This document shows positions 8,139 through 17,494 of a DNA stretch of 64,000 nucleotides, piece by piece (position 1 is the stretch's first letter; the number at the start of each line of letters is the position of its first letter). The translations under genes and the position numbers were made by a program. The stretch comes from an uncultured Gammaproteobacteria bacterium (GTDB taxonomy: Bacteria; Patescibacteriota; Patescibacteriia; Buchananbacterales; UBA6539). The stretch lies in contig CAZCCC010000001.1 of NCBI GenBank assembly GCA_964497245.1, positions 10,297-74,296 on the forward strand, written 5' to 3'. Below the pieces are notes generated by a model. It was not told the origin of the DNA, did no database searches, and saw only the letters and a program-made list of their open reading frames with translations.

Positions 8139-9986
8139 ATGTGTGGAATAAATGGTTTTAATTGGAAAAGTCAAGAATCAATTCAATTAATGAATAAATT
8201 GATTTCTCATCGTGGACCAAATGGTGGTGGAATTTTTTGCAATGATAATTTTTCTTTAGGCCACAGGCGTTTGGCAATTTTGGATCTTTCGGAAAGTGGA
8301 AAACAGCCAATGGAGTTTGAAGGTTTGAAGATTGTATATAATGGTGAAGTCTATAATTTCCAAGAAATCAGAAGAGAACTGGAAAAATTAGGATATACTT
8401 TTTACTCAAACACTGACACGGAAGTTGTTTTGAAAGCCTATCACTGCTGGAAGGAAAAATCCCTGCAAAAATTTAATGGTATATTTGCATATGCGATTTT
8501 AGATGAAAAAGGTAGGACTCTTTTTATGGCAAGAGACAGATTGGGTGTCAAGCCTTTATATTATTACCAAAAAGAAAATAGATTGATTTTTTCTTCGGAA
8601 ATTAAAGCCATATTAAGTCATTCAAATATAGATAAGACAATAGTTCCAGAAAGAATCAGTTTTATTTATCAAATGAACTGTCTTCCGGGAGAGTTGACAA
8701 TGTATAAAAATATTCATATGCTTCCTGCGGCAAATTGGGCTTTATACAAAGATGGTAGAATTGCAAAAAAAAGATACTGGGAGATTAATGATTTTGAAGA
8801 TATTAAAAGTAAGGAAGGAATAATTTTTAAAATAAAAGAAATTTTAAACGATTCAGTGAAGATAAATATGATTAGTGATGTGTCACTTGGAGTTTTTTTA
8901 TCCGGGGGATTTGATTCAAGCATTATCACGCTTTTAGCCGGTAAATACTCAAGATTGCCAGTTAAGACTTATTCTGTTGGTTTTGAAGTGGATAAAAATC
9001 AGGATGAAAAATTTAACGCGGATTTTTATTTGGCAAGAAAAACCTCTAAATTTTTTGGAACTGATCATCACGAATTATTTTTAAAAAAAGGCAAGGCTTT
9101 GGAATATGTATCAGAAAAAATGGCTGATAATTTGGAGTTGCCAAACGCTATGACAACAGCTATCCCAAGCTATTGGCTCTCGGAAATTGCAAAAAAAGAA
9201 GTTTCAGTCGTCTTGGGGGGGGACGGTGGAGATGAATTATTTGGTGGATATCCAAGATACAATTTATCTTTTATGTTTTCTCAGTGGCTTAAAATTCCTG
9301 CCTCAATAAGAAGGTTGGTGCCGACTAAGCTAATAGGAAATATGTTAGGAAAAAAAGATCTGCATGAACGGTTGAATTTATCAAGTGACGTTGAAAGATA
9401 TTGTACGTTAAAACTTCATCAAGGAAAAGATGTCAAAAAAGTCTTTAAAAACTGTTATAATTCAAATTTGACAATTGATTATCTTAATGAAAATTATTTT
9501 TCTAAAAAATTAACCGGCGATTTTGAAAAGCATTTTATGATAACCGATTCAATGACTTGGCTTACTGATCATTCATTATTAAGAACTGATAAAAGCACTA
9601 TGGCCTTTGGGATTGAACAGAGAGTTCCTATTTTAGACTACAGGCTTGTTGAACTTTCTGCCAAGATACCCACTAAATACAAATTGAATTTTAAAGATAA
9701 TAAAATTATATTTAAGGAAGCATTTGCCAAAGAGTTGCCTAGTCATTTATTTAATCAGCCAAAACGCGGCTGGCTTTCTCCGGCAGCGAAATGGCTTCGT
9801 GATGAACTAAAAGATTTTTCTTATGATGTTATAAATAAGAATTATACGCAGGGTTCTGAAGAGTTTATTGATTTTAAGGCTGCTAGGAAATTGCTTGATG
9901 ACCACATTGAAGGAAAGAAATATAATTTGCATTTAATTTGGATTTTAATTACTTGGCAGCTTTGGTATAAAAAATGCTGTTTATAA
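8139..9986 (+). CDS. asnB: Asparagine synthetase (glutamine-hydrolysing) family amidotransferase; in this context probably a uronic-acid amidotransferase (WbpS-like)
   Basis: 615 aa; N-terminal nucleophile MCGI, GHRRLAILDL, and PP-loop SGGFDSS. Confidence 0.8.
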   Translation: MCGINGFNWKSQESIQLMNKLISHRGPNGGGIFCNDNFSLGHRRLAILDLSESGKQPMEFEGLKIVYNGEVYNFQEIRRELEKLGYTFYSNTDTEVVLKAYHCWKEKSLQKFNGIFAYAILDEKGRTLFMARDRLGVKPLYYYQKENRLIFSSEIKAILSHSNIDKTIVPERISFIYQMNCLPGELTMYKNIHMLPAANWALYKDGRIAKKRYWEINDFEDIKSKEGIIFKIKEILNDSVKINMISDVSLGVFLSGGFDSSIITLLAGKYSRLPVKTYSVGFEVDKNQDEKFNADFYLARKTSKFFGTDHHELFLKKGKALEYVSEKMADNLELPNAMTTAIPSYWLSEIAKKEVSVVLGGDGGDELFGGYPRYNLSFMFSQWLKIPASIRRLVPTKLIGNMLGKKDLHERLNLSSDVERYCTLKLHQGKDVKKVFKNCYNSNLTIDYLNENYFSKKLTGDFEKHFMITDSMTWLTDHSLLRTDKSTMAFGIEQRVPILDYRLVELSAKIPTKYKLNFKDNKIIFKEAFAKELPSHLFNQPKRGWLSPAAKWLRDELKDFSYDVINKNYTQGSEEFIDFKAARKLLDDHIEGKKYNLHLIWILITWQLWYKKCCL

Positions 9987-10002
9987 ATTTTATTTACACC
10001 TT

Positions 10003-10629
10003 ATGAATAGTGATTCTAATATTCTAAAACCGGAAGAATACTTGGGGGAGTCATATCTTAATAAAGAAAGATGGGCAAGTTATTCAATACAGGCAGATTT
10101 AGTTCATAATTTTTTTCCCTTAGGGGAAATTTTAGAGATTGGTATTGGAAATGGAATAATAACCGAAATTTTGAGGAAAAAATATAATTTAACCACAGTT
10201 GATATTAATCCTTGTCTAAATCCGGATGTAGTCTCTTCAGTAGATGATTTAAGTGGTTTACCCGAATATAAGTTTGATGCTTCTTTATGTTTTGAAGTTT
10301 TAGAACATCTGTCTTTTAAGGATTTTAGTAAATGTCTTTCTGAACTTCACCGAGTGACTAGGCACTATATTTTTTTATCTTTGCCATATTGGGGTTATAC
10401 TTTTGGCCTTAAACTAAAATTACCATTCCTTAGTGTTAAACAATTAAAATTTAAAATTTCTGGTTTAAAAAAACATAAATTTAATGGCCAGCATTATTGG
10501 GAAATCGGCAAAAAGGGATATTCTTTAAAAATGATAAAAAAAGAAATAAATAATAGTAGTTTAAAAATAATTAAGTCTTTTTGGGATATTGATGATCCAT
10601 ATCATTATTATTTTGTTTTGAAAAAATAA
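10003..10629 (+). CDS. Class I SAM-dependent methyltransferase-like protein
   Basis: 208 aa; glycine-rich motif I, LEIGIGNGIITE, then an acidic residue after beta-2 (TTVDIN). Confidence 0.5.
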   Translation: MNSDSNILKPEEYLGESYLNKERWASYSIQADLVHNFFPLGEILEIGIGNGIITEILRKKYNLTTVDINPCLNPDVVSSVDDLSGLPEYKFDASLCFEVLEHLSFKDFSKCLSELHRVTRHYIFLSLPYWGYTFGLKLKLPFLSVKQLKFKISGLKKHKFNGQHYWEIGKKGYSLKMIKKEINNSSLKIIKSFWDIDDPYHYYFVLKK

Positions 10630-10636
10630 GTTTCGT

Positions 10637-11794
10637 ATGAAGATTTTATATATTGCCAATATAAGAATACCAACAGAAAAAGCCCATGGCTTGCAGATTA
10701 TGAAAATGTGTGAATCTTTTGTATTTGCCGGTGTGGAGGTTAAATTGATTTTGCCCACAAGAAAAAATTCAATTCAAACCGATCCGTTTGAGTATTATGG
10801 TATAAAAGATGATTTTGAATTAAAAAAATTAAAATCATTTGATCCTGATTTTTTGATTCCAATGCCGGCTGGTTATTATATTAAAGCGCAATTTTTGATA
10901 TTTATTAAAAGCCTATTTTTTTATCTTATTTTCAAGAAAAACAAAAAAAATTATATTTTTTATACCCGTGATGAAATGCTTTTGCCGGTTTTGCAGCTGT
11001 TTTCTAAAAAGGTTGTTTGGGAATCTCATGCTCTGCCTAATAATAAAAAAAGATATTTTAAATATTGGAAAAAATGCTATAAAATTTTTTGTTTGACTAA
11101 TCAAGTCAAAAATGACCTGATAAAATTAGGAATATGCGAAGATAAAATTGTAGTTTCGCCTGATGCGGTTGACTTGAAAATATTTGACATACCTGAAAGT
11201 AAAGAGGATGCCAGAAAAAAATTGAATTTGCCTCAAGATAAAATAATTTTAGGTTACACCGGCAGTTTTAAGACAAAGGGAATGGATAAGGGGATAGCTG
11301 ATATTATAAAAGCATTATCTATTATTGATAAAAAAAGGCAAGATGTAATTTTTTATTCAGTTGGGGGGAGCCAAGAAGATATTGAATTTTATAAAAAAAT
11401 TGCCAGAGATTATAATATTTTGGAAAAATTATTTTTTATTGAAAAGGTAAGTCAAAAAGAAGTGGCTTTGTATCAAAAAGCCTTTGATATTTTATTGATG
11501 CCCTTTCCTTTTAATCAGCATTATGCATATTATATGTCGCCTTTGAAAATGTTTGAGTATATGGCAGCCCATCGGCCGATCATTGCTTCAGATTTGCCCA
11601 GTATTCATGAAATTTTAAATGAAAAAAATTGTTTGTTTTGTCGGTCTGACGACCCAAAAGATTTAGCCGAAAAAATTGATTACGCGATAGTGGAAAAGGT
11701 AGAGTTAAACAAGCTAGCTTCAGTGGCATTTAACAGCGTTAAGGAATATACTTGGTTGAAACGAGCTTCTAATATTATAAGTTGGCTTAACTAG
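10637..11794 (+). CDS. Glycosyltransferase family 4
   Basis: 385 aa; LKMFEYMAAHRPIIASDLPSIHEIL within a GT-B C-terminal domain. Confidence 0.65.
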   Translation: MKILYIANIRIPTEKAHGLQIMKMCESFVFAGVEVKLILPTRKNSIQTDPFEYYGIKDDFELKKLKSFDPDFLIPMPAGYYIKAQFLIFIKSLFFYLIFKKNKKNYIFYTRDEMLLPVLQLFSKKVVWESHALPNNKKRYFKYWKKCYKIFCLTNQVKNDLIKLGICEDKIVVSPDAVDLKIFDIPESKEDARKKLNLPQDKIILGYTGSFKTKGMDKGIADIIKALSIIDKKRQDVIFYSVGGSQEDIEFYKKIARDYNILEKLFFIEKVSQKEVALYQKAFDILLMPFPFNQHYAYYMSPLKMFEYMAAHRPIIASDLPSIHEILNEKNCLFCRSDDPKDLAEKIDYAIVEKVELNKLASVAFNSVKEYTWLKRASNIISWLN

Positions 11795-11805
11795 CAATAA
11801 AAAAT

Positions 11806-12966
11806 ATGCTTTTATTTATTAAAAAAATTTTTGCAAGCAGCTTTTTGAAAACATTGATTTTAATTTTTTTACTTAAAGGCGTAGTGGTTTTTGCTGTATT
11901 TTTTGGGTTTCCCGATTTAGGCATTGATGGATTAAAAATTCCGCATGGCGGTGATAGCCGTGGTTATTATTCTTTCAGCCGTTATTTAATTAACGGAAAT
12001 TTAGGCGGTGGTTCTCTGCCAATTGGTTATCCTTTGGTTATTATCCCAGTTATAAAAATTTTTCCAAATGTCGATGCGGTGCAGCTTGATTTTTATTTTT
12101 CTTTATTTCATTCCTTGGTAGCCTTTACTATTGCTGCCGGCTTACTTTATAAATTCATCGAGATAATTTTTAAGAAAGAATTTTACGCAAAGACGGCCGC
12201 CTGGCTTTTTGTTTTTTTTCCTTATTTTTTTTATTTTTTGTCTGGGTTTTTTTTAAAGTCCATACCATATGCTATTGACTTTCAGCAATCGCGTACATTA
12301 CAGTTACTTTGGCTTCAGTCAGGCTCAGATTATCTTTCAACAGCTATTATCTTTGGTATTTTTTTGGCAATTTTATTTTGGAATAGATTTGGAAATAATC
12401 ATTTATTTTGGTTTGGGCTTGGTGTTGGTTTAATAGTAGTGATGCGACCGCAAAATTCGGTTTTACTAATATTAGGTTTAATTTTAATTTTATTAGCTAG
12501 AAAATGGCATTGGTTTTTTTGGTTTTTAATGGGAATTATTCCTTTTGTGGGCATACAATTGCTGATTAATTTTTTAACAGAGAGCCAGTTTTTTAGTTTT
12601 GGTTATGATGCATCAACTAATGATAATATAGCTAGTCTAGAAGAACATGGCGCTGTAATATTTTCGCCATGGAATACATTTAAAATAATTAGTTATTTGG
12701 ATCGATATGAGGTATTATGGCTTGGTGTTTTCATTTTATTATTTTTATCCCTATTATTTTTAATTGGTTTATATTGGATATATAATAAAAATAGGATTGT
12801 TTTTGTTTTATGTGGTTTAATTTTACCGGTTTATATTTACTCATTGACTTGGTTTGAGCCGGTTTACCGAAATCCGCGCTATTTTTTTCCGATAATTCCG
12901 TTGGTTTTCGTTATAATTTTTTCTTGCTATAATTATTTTTTAGAATTTTATGCTAAACAAAAATGA
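11806..12966 (+). CDS. Polytopic integral membrane protein (at least 10 predicted TM segments), possibly a glycan polymerase or GT-C-like
   Basis: 386 aa, very hydrophobic with repeated F/L/I-rich segments; located inside the glycan cluster. Confidence 0.45.
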   Translation: MLLFIKKIFASSFLKTLILIFLLKGVVVFAVFFGFPDLGIDGLKIPHGGDSRGYYSFSRYLINGNLGGGSLPIGYPLVIIPVIKIFPNVDAVQLDFYFSLFHSLVAFTIAAGLLYKFIEIIFKKEFYAKTAAWLFVFFPYFFYFLSGFFLKSIPYAIDFQQSRTLQLLWLQSGSDYLSTAIIFGIFLAILFWNRFGNNHLFWFGLGVGLIVVMRPQNSVLLILGLILILLARKWHWFFWFLMGIIPFVGIQLLINFLTESQFFSFGYDASTNDNIASLEEHGAVIFSPWNTFKIISYLDRYEVLWLGVFILLFLSLLFLIGLYWIYNKNRIVFVLCGLILPVYIYSLTWFEPVYRNPRYFFPIIPLVFVIIFSCYNYFLEFYAKQK

Positions 12967-13813
12967 AAAATTAAGCGTCATTGTTCCTGTTTACAATGAA
13001 GCTGGTGGAGTTATTAATACAATTGATTCATTAAAAACGGTTCTTGATAAATTTGGTTGCAGCTACGAAATAATTGTTGTTAATGATGCTTCAACCGATA
13101 AAACTGTCGATTTACTAAAACAAATTGAACGTATTAAAACTCTTAATAACCCATATAATCTCGGCTATGGAGCTTCTTTAAAAAAGGGAATAAAAGAAAG
13201 TAATGCTGACTGGATTTTGATTATTGATGCTGACGGAACTTATCCAATTGATTATATTCCCAAGTTGCTTGAACCGGCAGGGGATTACGACATGGTTGTA
13301 GGCAACCGTCAGCATGAAAAAGATCATTTTGGCCGAAAACCTGCCAAGTGGATTTTAAAAAAACTGGCTAGTTTTTTGGCTGGCTATCACATACCAGATT
13401 TAAATTCAGGAATGAGGATTTTTCGCAGAAGTATTGCTTTGGAATTTTTTCATCTTTTTCCTTCCGGGTTTTCCTTTACCAGTACAATTACCATTGCCTG
13501 TTTTTCCAATGATTATACGGTTAAGTATATAGACATTCCTTATTATAAAAGGATTGGACAATCAAGTATCAGGCCATTTCACTTTTTTAAATTTGCTGCT
13601 TTAATATTGAAATTATTTTTTTATTTTAAGCCCCTTAAAATGATTACTCCGTTAGCTTTAGCATTTGTTTTTTTCGGACTTGCAAAAATGATTCGTGATA
13701 TTTTGGTAGTGCATTACATTGGAACACTGGCTTCACTATTAATTACCTTTGGTGTTTTATTATTTTTTATATCTCTGATTTCCGAAATAATCGTCAAGCG
13801 CATATCTCGTTAA
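12950..13813 (+). CDS. GT2 polyprenyl-phosphate glycosyltransferase (GtrB/DPM1-like) with C-terminal TM helices
   Basis: 287 aa; LSVIVPVYNEAGGV, VVNDASTDKT, IIDADGTYP (DxD); two C-terminal hydrophobic helices. Confidence 0.7.
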   Translation: MLNKNEKLSVIVPVYNEAGGVINTIDSLKTVLDKFGCSYEIIVVNDASTDKTVDLLKQIERIKTLNNPYNLGYGASLKKGIKESNADWILIIDADGTYPIDYIPKLLEPAGDYDMVVGNRQHEKDHFGRKPAKWILKKLASFLAGYHIPDLNSGMRIFRRSIALEFFHLFPSGFSFTSTITIACFSNDYTVKYIDIPYYKRIGQSSIRPFHFFKFAALILKLFFYFKPLKMITPLALAFVFFGLAKMIRDILVVHYIGTLASLLITFGVLLFFISLISEIIVKRISR

Positions 13814-13818
13814 ATAAT

Positions 13819-14187
13819 ATGAAAAAACAATTAATTCGTTACACTTTGGGCGGTTTTCTAAGTTATGGAATAAAAATAGTTTTGACTTATATTGCCGCCG
13901 AGTTTTTTAATGTTTGGTATTTTGCCGCCTATTTAACGTCTTTGGCAACGGTTATAATAGTTAATTTTATAATTAACGCCCGTTGGATTTTCCCTGGAGG
14001 AAAACCATCAGTTAACTGTTTTTTTAAATATCTTTTTAGTGTCTTAATAATTTCTTTAATAGATTCCATTTTTGTTAAAACAGCAACTGAATTTTTAGGA
14101 CTGCATTATATTTTGTCAATTATTGGGGTAACCACTACTTTATTTGTTTTGAAATTTTTTATTTATAAACGTTTTGTTTTTGTTTAA
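13819..14187 (+). CDS. GtrA-family small membrane protein (4 TM)
   Basis: 122 aa; LIRYTLGGFLSYGIKIVLTYI...; lies immediately downstream of the GtrB-like GT2, the canonical GtrA position. Confidence 0.65.
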   Translation: MKKQLIRYTLGGFLSYGIKIVLTYIAAEFFNVWYFAAYLTSLATVIIVNFIINARWIFPGGKPSVNCFFKYLFSVLIISLIDSIFVKTATEFLGLHYILSIIGVTTTLFVLKFFIYKRFVFV

Positions 14188-14204
14188 TCATTATTTTATA
14201 ATTA

Positions 14205-14227
14205 AAAAGGTCTTATTTAAGCCTTTT
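14205..14227 (+). terminator. Weak A/T-rich hairpin after gtrA-like gene
   Basis: aaaagg-tcttatttaag-cctttt followed by ata; low-energy stem. Confidence 0.25.
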
Positions 14228-14249
14228 ATATTAAATTAATTGATACCTA

Positions 14250-14279
14250 TTGACATCTTTTGACACCTTTTGGTATAAT
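14250..14279 (+). promoter_or_regulatory. Near-consensus sigma70-type promoter with duplicated -35-like box
   Basis: TTGACA (14250-14255), second TTGACA (14260-14265), TATAAT (14274-14279). The first box sits 18 bp upstream of the -10. Direct repeat ttgacaYcttt x2. The HTH gene starts 37 nt downstream. Confidence 0.5.
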
Positions 14280-14315
14280 TGTTAATGTTTAATTCTCAAA
14301 ATATAAATTAACAAT

Positions 14316-14561
14316 ATGCCTGAAATAAATCCAAATGAAGTATATACTTCAAATGAAACCCAAGTGCTGCTAAAGGTTAGCTCAAGCACAATGAAGCGTC
14401 TTTTAAAAAAGGGATTAATTAGAGCCAATAAAGTTGGTGGGCAATATCGTATTTTAGGTAAAGAAATTTTACGTTTAATTTCGCCGGAATTGGAGCAAAA
14501 AGCAGTTGATGTTTATCAGGCAATAAAGAAAAACGCAGTTGATAAGATTAATAAGTGGTAA
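14316..14561 (+). CDS. Excisionase/MerR-like helix-turn-helix DNA-binding protein (HTH_17 type)
   Basis: 81 aa; VYTSNETQVLLKVSSSTMKRLLKKGLIRANKVGGQYRI matches the excisionase-family HTH pattern (ellgvs..tvyrlikkGelpa.kiGr.wri). Confidence 0.55.
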   Translation: MPEINPNEVYTSNETQVLLKVSSSTMKRLLKKGLIRANKVGGQYRILGKEILRLISPELEQKAVDVYQAIKKNAVDKINKW

Positions 14562-15331
14562 CTATGAAGGTAATATTTTATTGCCTTATTTTAATATTGG
14601 AGCGCCTTTTTCCAACAAGGGATATTGCGGTAATTTTATACCATCGGATTGACGACGACGGCAATTATTCAGTAAAACCCGAATTATTTGAAAAACAATT
14701 GAAACATCTTAAAAAACTTGACTATGTATCAATTTCTCCCGAAGATCTAAAAGGTTTTTTAGATGGCAAAATTAATTTGTCGAGAAGAAGCATTTTAATT
14801 ACTTTTGATGATGGTTTTAAGGATAATTACTCTATTGCTTACCCTTTGTTAAAAAAATATAATTTTACAGCAACCTTTTTTATTTCAGCCCGCCATATCG
14901 GAAAATTAAGCGATTATTCTGAAAAAATAAAAAATAAGGAAATGATGAGCTTCGCTGAATTGTCAGAATTAATTGAAAATGGTTTTACGGTTGCCAACCA
15001 TTTTTATTCCCACAGGAATTTAACCGAAATTTCTGATCAGGAAATTGAGTCTGAATTTAACCATGCATGTGAAATTTTAAGTAATATTGTAAATTCTGAA
15101 AATGATTTGAAATATGTAGCTTATCCGAGAAACCGAACCACGAGCAACGTTTTTGCCACTTTGAAAAAAGTTGGAGTAAAATTAGGTTTTGGTGGAAATC
15201 CTGCTTTAGTTAGTGGAATCGTCGATTATTTGAATATTCCGAGAATAGAAATATTCGGTAATAATTCAGTATTGAAATTCAGGGTTAAAATTTCTGGGCA
15301 TTATTACAGATTAATTAATTTATTTCGATAA
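14555..15331 (+). CDS. Polysaccharide deacetylase (NodB homology domain, CE4)
   Basis: 258 aa; ILITFDDGFKDNYSIAYPLLKKYNFTATFFI (TFDDG motif) and HFYSH. Confidence 0.7.
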   Translation: MVTMKVIFYCLILILERLFPTRDIAVILYHRIDDDGNYSVKPELFEKQLKHLKKLDYVSISPEDLKGFLDGKINLSRRSILITFDDGFKDNYSIAYPLLKKYNFTATFFISARHIGKLSDYSEKIKNKEMMSFAELSELIENGFTVANHFYSHRNLTEISDQEIESEFNHACEILSNIVNSENDLKYVAYPRNRTTSNVFATLKKVGVKLGFGGNPALVSGIVDYLNIPRIEIFGNNSVLKFRVKISGHYYRLINLFR

Positions 15332-15334
15332 GAT

Positions 15335-16099
15335 ATGGTGATTAAAAGGAATTTATTTCTTTTTAAAACTATCCGTTTTGTTTTGGAACCGTTGCCGGAA
15401 GAAATAGAAAAGCTTAAGAAAATATATTTAATGATAAACTGCTTATCCTATCAAGAATTATCTTTAGCCGGTTTTGAAAAAAGGCAAAAAAAAACCCCTT
15501 TGATTGATTTGACAAAAACACTACCTGAAATCTTTTTTGCCTTTCACGATACAACAAGAAATGAAATAAGAAGATCCGAAAAAAATTTTGATTTAAAGTT
15601 TGTTAATGATGATGGTAATTTTAAAGAAGCATATAAGCTTTATTGCCGGCATGAAACATCACAAAAGAGGATACCGGAAAGTAAAAACGAGTTTTCTGGT
15701 TGTAAGGTATTTTCGGCATATTTCAAGGATAAAATGATTTCCACCATTATATGTTTTACAGGTTCTAAATATTTGAGAGCAAAATCTATAAGTTCCTTGC
15801 GCATGGAGTCATTTGACAAAGAAATGCTGAGATTGATAAGTTTTTCCACCAGAAGATTGGTTTGGGAGATATGCAAATATGGTAAAGAAAATGATTATTT
15901 TGGTTTTGATTTGGGATCAATTAATTTAGTCGATTCAAATAAAGCAAGTATTGCTCAGTTTAAAAACTCTTTTGGTGGAAAAATTGTTGATGAATATTTA
16001 TACATTTATAAGTCAAAAATCTTTAAATTTTTTGAAAGAGTAGTTAAACTTAAAGTCTTAGCTTTAAAATTTTTATTAAAGAAAACTGATAATGAATAA
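15335..16099 (+). CDS. Hypothetical protein, possibly FemAB/Acetyltransf_6-like (GNAT fold) acyl/aminoacyl transferase
   Basis: 254 aa; C-terminal FKNSFGGKIV resembles the FemAB-family FK.kFGg motif. Weak. Confidence 0.3.
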   Translation: MVIKRNLFLFKTIRFVLEPLPEEIEKLKKIYLMINCLSYQELSLAGFEKRQKKTPLIDLTKTLPEIFFAFHDTTRNEIRRSEKNFDLKFVNDDGNFKEAYKLYCRHETSQKRIPESKNEFSGCKVFSAYFKDKMISTIICFTGSKYLRAKSISSLRMESFDKEMLRLISFSTRRLVWEICKYGKENDYFGFDLGSINLVDSNKASIAQFKNSFGGKIVDEYLYIYKSKIFKFFERVVKLKVLALKFLLKKTDNE

Positions 16100-17492
16100 T
16101 AATCTTAGAACAATTATTATTGTAGTTGAAGAAGGTTTTACTGCTCGTAGTCTTTTACGTTCAAATTTTTTGACAAAGATAAAGGAAAATTTTGAAAGAA
16201 TTGTTATTGTTGCTCCAAAAGCGAAACTCGATTATTATAATGAAAAATATTGTGACGATAGGATAATATTTGAACCGATGGATGAGGATAAAAATTCATT
16301 ATTTCAAAGAGCAATATTCAAAATTATAAAATACAGTATTCATTCTAATATAAATAAAATAAAACTTTTACGAACTTTATATAATAAAGATGGTAAAGTT
16401 AAATTTAACAAGGATTTTTTCTTTTTCCCTATTTTATTTTTATGTTGGTTCATGGGTCAATACCGTTGGTGGCGATTTTTTTTACGAATGATTTATTCAA
16501 CTACCCGTCTTGATGGAAGGTGTATTAAATTAATTGATAGGTATAAGCCAATGGTCGTGTTTGCTAATTATAGTGATATTAGTGTTAATAATTTTAATTT
16601 AAAATTGATTAGAGCATCTAAAAAAAGAAAAATAAAAACAGTTGGTAATATTTTTAGCTGGGATAATCTATTTAGTAAAGTTTTCATAACAGATTTTTCT
16701 GATTGTATTACTGTGCCGAACGGAATAGTTCGAGATGTAGCAGTTTTAATGGACGATGTCGATGCTAAAAAGATAATGGTAGTTGGTTTACCTCATTTCG
16801 ATGTTTATTTTAATAAGAATATAATAAAATCAAAGGAATATTTTTTTAGGGAAATTAATGCTGATATTAATAAGAAGTTAATTGTTTTTGCTATTGGTAT
16901 TAAAGATGCAATTAACGAAAATCATTTCTTGGATTTATTTAATAATCTAGCGAAAAGTTCTTTTTCTAATATACAATTCTATATTAGGCCATATCCCAAG
17001 GTTGGGCTTAAACAGAATATAGTTGATAAATTTAAAGGTAATGTTAATATTCTAATTGAAAATAGGCCAGCTAAAAATTGTGGAGTTTATTTTGAATTTT
17101 TTGATAATGATCCAGAGTTTTTAGCTAACTTATTATTACATTCAGATGTTTTAATTACTTATTATTCTACTATTATTATTGAATCATGCATTACTGACAC
17201 TCCAATAATAAATCTTAATTACTCCGGAGGATTGTCAAATAGCTACTATCATCAGATACAAAGATATTATTATTATGATCATATTAAACAAATTTTAGAT
17301 ACTGGTTGTGCTAAGTGGGTAAATAATGATAAAGAATTAGTTAATGTCTTGAAACAATATTTAGATAATCCATTGACAGACCGCAATGCTAGGAAAAAGA
17401 CAGTGATAGAACAGTTATCATATATTGATGGAAAATCAGCAGAAAGGTTATTTTTAGCTATTAGAAATACCATTAATAGTAAAAATGATTAG
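16092..17492 (+). CDS. Uncharacterized protein, paralog A of a tandem pair; possibly a distant TagF-like (CDP-glycerol glycerophosphotransferase, GT-B) relative
   Basis: 466 aa; shares with the next gene EGFTARSLLRSNFL, KTVGNIFSWDNLFSKVFIT, VVGLPHFDVYFN, YIRPYPK and LITYYSTIIIESCITDTPIINL (cf. TagF DYSS...D.PIIfy). Confidence 0.45.
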   Translation: MNNNLRTIIIVVEEGFTARSLLRSNFLTKIKENFERIVIVAPKAKLDYYNEKYCDDRIIFEPMDEDKNSLFQRAIFKIIKYSIHSNINKIKLLRTLYNKDGKVKFNKDFFFFPILFLCWFMGQYRWWRFFLRMIYSTTRLDGRCIKLIDRYKPMVVFANYSDISVNNFNLKLIRASKKRKIKTVGNIFSWDNLFSKVFITDFSDCITVPNGIVRDVAVLMDDVDAKKIMVVGLPHFDVYFNKNIIKSKEYFFREINADINKKLIVFAIGIKDAINENHFLDLFNNLAKSSFSNIQFYIRPYPKVGLKQNIVDKFKGNVNILIENRPAKNCGVYFEFFDNDPEFLANLLLHSDVLITYYSTIIIESCITDTPIINLNYSGGLSNSYYHQIQRYYYYDHIKQILDTGCAKWVNNDKELVNVLKQYLDNPLTDRNARKKTVIEQLSYIDGKSAERLFLAIRNTINSKND

Positions 17493-17494
17493 CT

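Noticed and set aside
14316-14561. Prophage or integrative element implied by the excisionase-family HTH
   Set aside because: No integrase, recombinase, att-like repeats or phage genes in the window; the flanking genes are co-directional glycan enzymes.
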